Source of the DNA: the human T2T-CHM13v2.0 reference genome, Homo sapiens
Strand: one strand, 5' to 3'
Assembly (NCBI RefSeq): GCF_009914755.1
Contig: NC_060932.1
DNA: 64,000 bases
Shown: positions 57,250 to 64,000 of the stretch, one piece after another
Layout of the letters: each line of letters starts with the position of its first letter
How positions within the stretch are numbered: position 1 is the stretch's first letter
The notes under the pieces: model-generated
Databases searched by the model: none
What the model was told of the DNA's origin: nothing
What the model saw: the letters and a program-made list of their open reading frames with translations, nothing else
Position numbers and translations under genes: made by a program

Positions 57250-58774
57250 TATCAGAAATGAATTTGGTATAAAGATTATAGAAAATTGTTAGTATATACA
57301 CTGAAAGCATTTCAATATTGCAAGAGTTTACCAATTTATATTAACTGAAACCTGGGGAATATGCATAGGAATTGATCCTTTGAAGTTTGGATAAGAAGAA
57401 AGTGAATATAATTTTGGATTATGTCCCAGCTCTTCATAAATGGGTTTGGCAGATGTACTGGATTCAATTTGCTAGCTCAAGCAGCTATGAATGGCTCTAA
57501 AACATTGCTTAGTTGGTTAACTGAAACCTGGACACCAAAGTACTCTATAGTGTATTAAGTGAAATGCCACAATTTCATTGGTGTACCATAGAGGACTGTA
57601 TTAAAATGCCTAGGGAAACTGGAGGGCTAGAATGGATTTTCTATGAAGTACTTATTCACACATCTTCTCCTTATTTTTCCTGGAATGTTTCTATGAATAT
57701 TTGCTTCACCAAGGTTTTGAGAAGTCTATTGGTGAGGAGAGTTTCAACACCGTTGAAGAGCTTTGTGTTAAATATCTTCTGCAGGCCAGGGATGACCATA
57801 AGAATGGCTGCCATAATGCTGGTTTCCCTGGATTCAATTAGTCTGATTGGATCCTGGGGTGGCCAAAGGTAGCACTTAATCACTAGAGATGTAGTGGACG
57901 TTGTTACTCTGCTGGGCAAAATGAAATAAAATAAAATAAACTAGTCATCACCATTTTTAATCTTTTAAATTTAAATGTTTTAATCAGAGATCTTTGATGT
58001 TGGCTAATTGATTATATTGTACCTTGCACTGAAATAGATGGGCAGCCTAGTGAAGACTTAACTTATAAAAAAGATAAAATTCTGAGTTTTGTAAAAATAA
58101 ATAAAGTCAAAATTAAATAATTGCACTGGAGATCCCTAGTCCTTTAACCAAGTTTGACTTGACCCTGTTCAAACATCCAGATTTTCTTGAATAAAGAGAA
58201 AGCCAGTCCCCCTGAAAAAGAATCTGCTTCATTACTATATGTTATACCCTAATTCACTTTCTTAATTGTCCCCAAATAGATTTATGCATAATATATGCAT
58301 ACCAAACAAAAATTTCAACAGAAAATAAGATTGTTGACCCAATTCTCTCTGTGAGGATAACCAGACCAAAAGAAAAGCCTTCCCATCATAGGCTGAACCA
58401 AAAACATGCATTAATGAAAATAAAACTGAAAAGATGGAGGGATTCCTTGATCATATCTTTTAGTAGGTACACCATCCTGGACTTTGCTTATGTGAGAAAA
58501 GTAAAGCTGCATATGGTTAAGGCAATGTAATTTGGCTGCACATTTACCAGGTCTGTCACTCAGGAAGAGAAATTACCAAACTTTTCAGGTGTGACTGAAT
58601 ACCTGCCAAACTGAAATTTGAGTAGGACCATGGAGAACCCAGTGCATCTATGAACATATTCCACAGTTTTTTTCTGAATTCTAGGATTTGTCATTGAAAT
58701 AAACATACTCAGCAAATGACAGAATCCTCACATTGGTTCACTAGCCTATGAATGAGAAATATTATGTTAGAACA
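57250..58774 (+). mobile_element. ERVL-class internal relic (gag/pro-like), resuming at ~62543-62597
   Basis: ORF 57564 MPQFHW..EDCIKMPRETGGLEWI...LVRRVSTPLKS resembles HERV-L-like gag; cagaatcctcacattggttc motif; right fragment tactagaactgactct...aaaatagtgaaacaaaa continues it. Confidence 0.7.
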
Positions 58775-62542
<3,768 letters not shown>

Positions 62543-62599
62543 TTACTAGAACTGACTCTTTCTATGAAAATAGTGAAACAAAACTTATACTGCATTTAT

Positions 62600-64000
62600 G
62601 AAACAATTATAGTTTATGAAACCTCTCAAGATTGAACTAGTAAGAAATAGAACTGGGCCAGGTGCGGTGGCTCACGCCTGTAATCCCAGAACTTTGGGAG
62701 GCAGAGAAGGGCAGATCATGAGGTCAGGGGATCAAGACCATCCTGGCCAACGTGGTGAAACCCCGTCTCTACTAAAAATACAAACAATTAGCCAGGCGCA
62801 CTGGTGGGTGCCTGTAGTCCCAGCTACTCGGGAGGCTGAGAAGGAGAATGGTGTGAACCCGGGAGGCAGAGCTTGCAGTGAGCCGAGATCGCGCCACTGC
62901 ATACCAGCCTGGGTGACCGAGCAAGACTCTGTCAAAAAAAAAAAAAAAAGAAAAAGAAATAGAACCCTAAGCAGACTAATAATGAGCAATAAAATCTAAT
63001 CAGTAATAAAAAATATCCCAAGGAAAATAAGGTCCATAACTAGATGGATTCACAGCTGAAATTTGGCAGATATGCAAAAAGTAGCTGGTACCAATCTTCT
63101 TAAAACTACTCCAAAAAATTGAGGAGGAAAGATTCCTCCCTAACTCATTCTACAAGTCCAGTATCACCCAGATACAAAATCAGCTGAGAACATAACAAAA
63201 AACTGCAAGCCAATATTCCTGAAGAACATAGATGCAAAAATCTTCAACAAAATACTAGAAAATCTAATCTAACAGCACATCAAAAAGATAATTTACCATG
63301 ATTCAGTGGGCTTCATTCCAGGGATTCAAGGATTGTTAAACATATGAAATTTAATAACCTGGTCCACCGCAAAAACAGAACTAAGAGCACAAACCATATA
63401 ATCATATCAATAGATGCAGTAAAATTTTGGATTTTAAAAAAATCCAACATTCCTTCATTATAGAAACCCTCATCACACTAGGTACAGATGGAACATACCT
63501 TAAAATAATAAGAGCCATGTATGACAAACCCACAATCAACTTCATACTGAATGCAGAAAAGTAGAAAGCATTTTCTCTAAAAACTGGAAGAAGGTAAGGA
63601 TGCCCACTGTCACCACTCCTATTCAGCAAAGTACTGGAGGTCCTAGCCAGAGAAATCTGGCAAGAGAAAGAAATAAAATACATCCAAGTTGGAAACGAAA
63701 AAGTCAAATTATCTTCCTTTGCAGGTGACATTATTGTATACCTAGAAACCCGAAAGACTCCTAGACTTGATAAGCAATTTTAGTACAGTCTCAGGATACT
63801 AAATCAATGTACAAAAATCAGTACCATTTCTATACATCAATAACGTTCAAGCTGAGAACCAAATTGAGAGTTCAATTTGATTTATAATGGCTACAAAAGA
63901 ATACATATCTAGGAATATATTTAACAAAGGAGGCAAAAAAAATCTCTATAAAAATAACCGTAAAAAATTATGGGTGATATTGTAGATGACACGAACAAAT
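62600..64000 (+). mobile_element. L1 (L1PB-like) ORF2 fragment, runs off the window
   Basis: Degenerate RT region (tatgacaaacccaca...tttgcaggtgacattattgtatacctagaa). Confidence 0.85.
62656..62953 (+). mobile_element. AluY-like
   Basis: gagaatggtgtgaacccgggaggcagagcttgcag; TSD aagaaatagaac at 62642-62653 and 62954-62965. Confidence 0.93.

Overview
AT-rich, repeat-dominated human genomic DNA (human because it contains an L1HS element). I see no intact cellular protein-coding gene, RNA gene or CpG island. It reads as gene desert or deep intron. Repeat families were assigned from memory of consensus sequences, not by running RepeatMasker. Main contents: a 5'-truncated, 5'-inverted processed pseudogene of cysteinyl-tRNA synthetase (CARS1, 40632-41618); a young 2.15-kb L1HS (Ta-0-like) with an uninterrupted ORF2 C-terminal half and a 16-bp TSD; a near full-length Tigger1 carrying a small orphan retrocopy; two independent MER9 (HERV-K HML-3) solo LTRs in inverted orientation; about 12 Alus; old L1, MaLR/ERVL, MER, MIR and L2 relics. 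Two patterns recur. First, four retroposed inserts have twin-priming 5'-inversion geometry. Second, several TA-rich microsatellites contain copies of nearby sequence, direct or inverted, which look like fossil template-switch repair scars. I found no evidence for a new protein-based system. Almost all short ORFs in the track are repeat or low-complexity artefacts.
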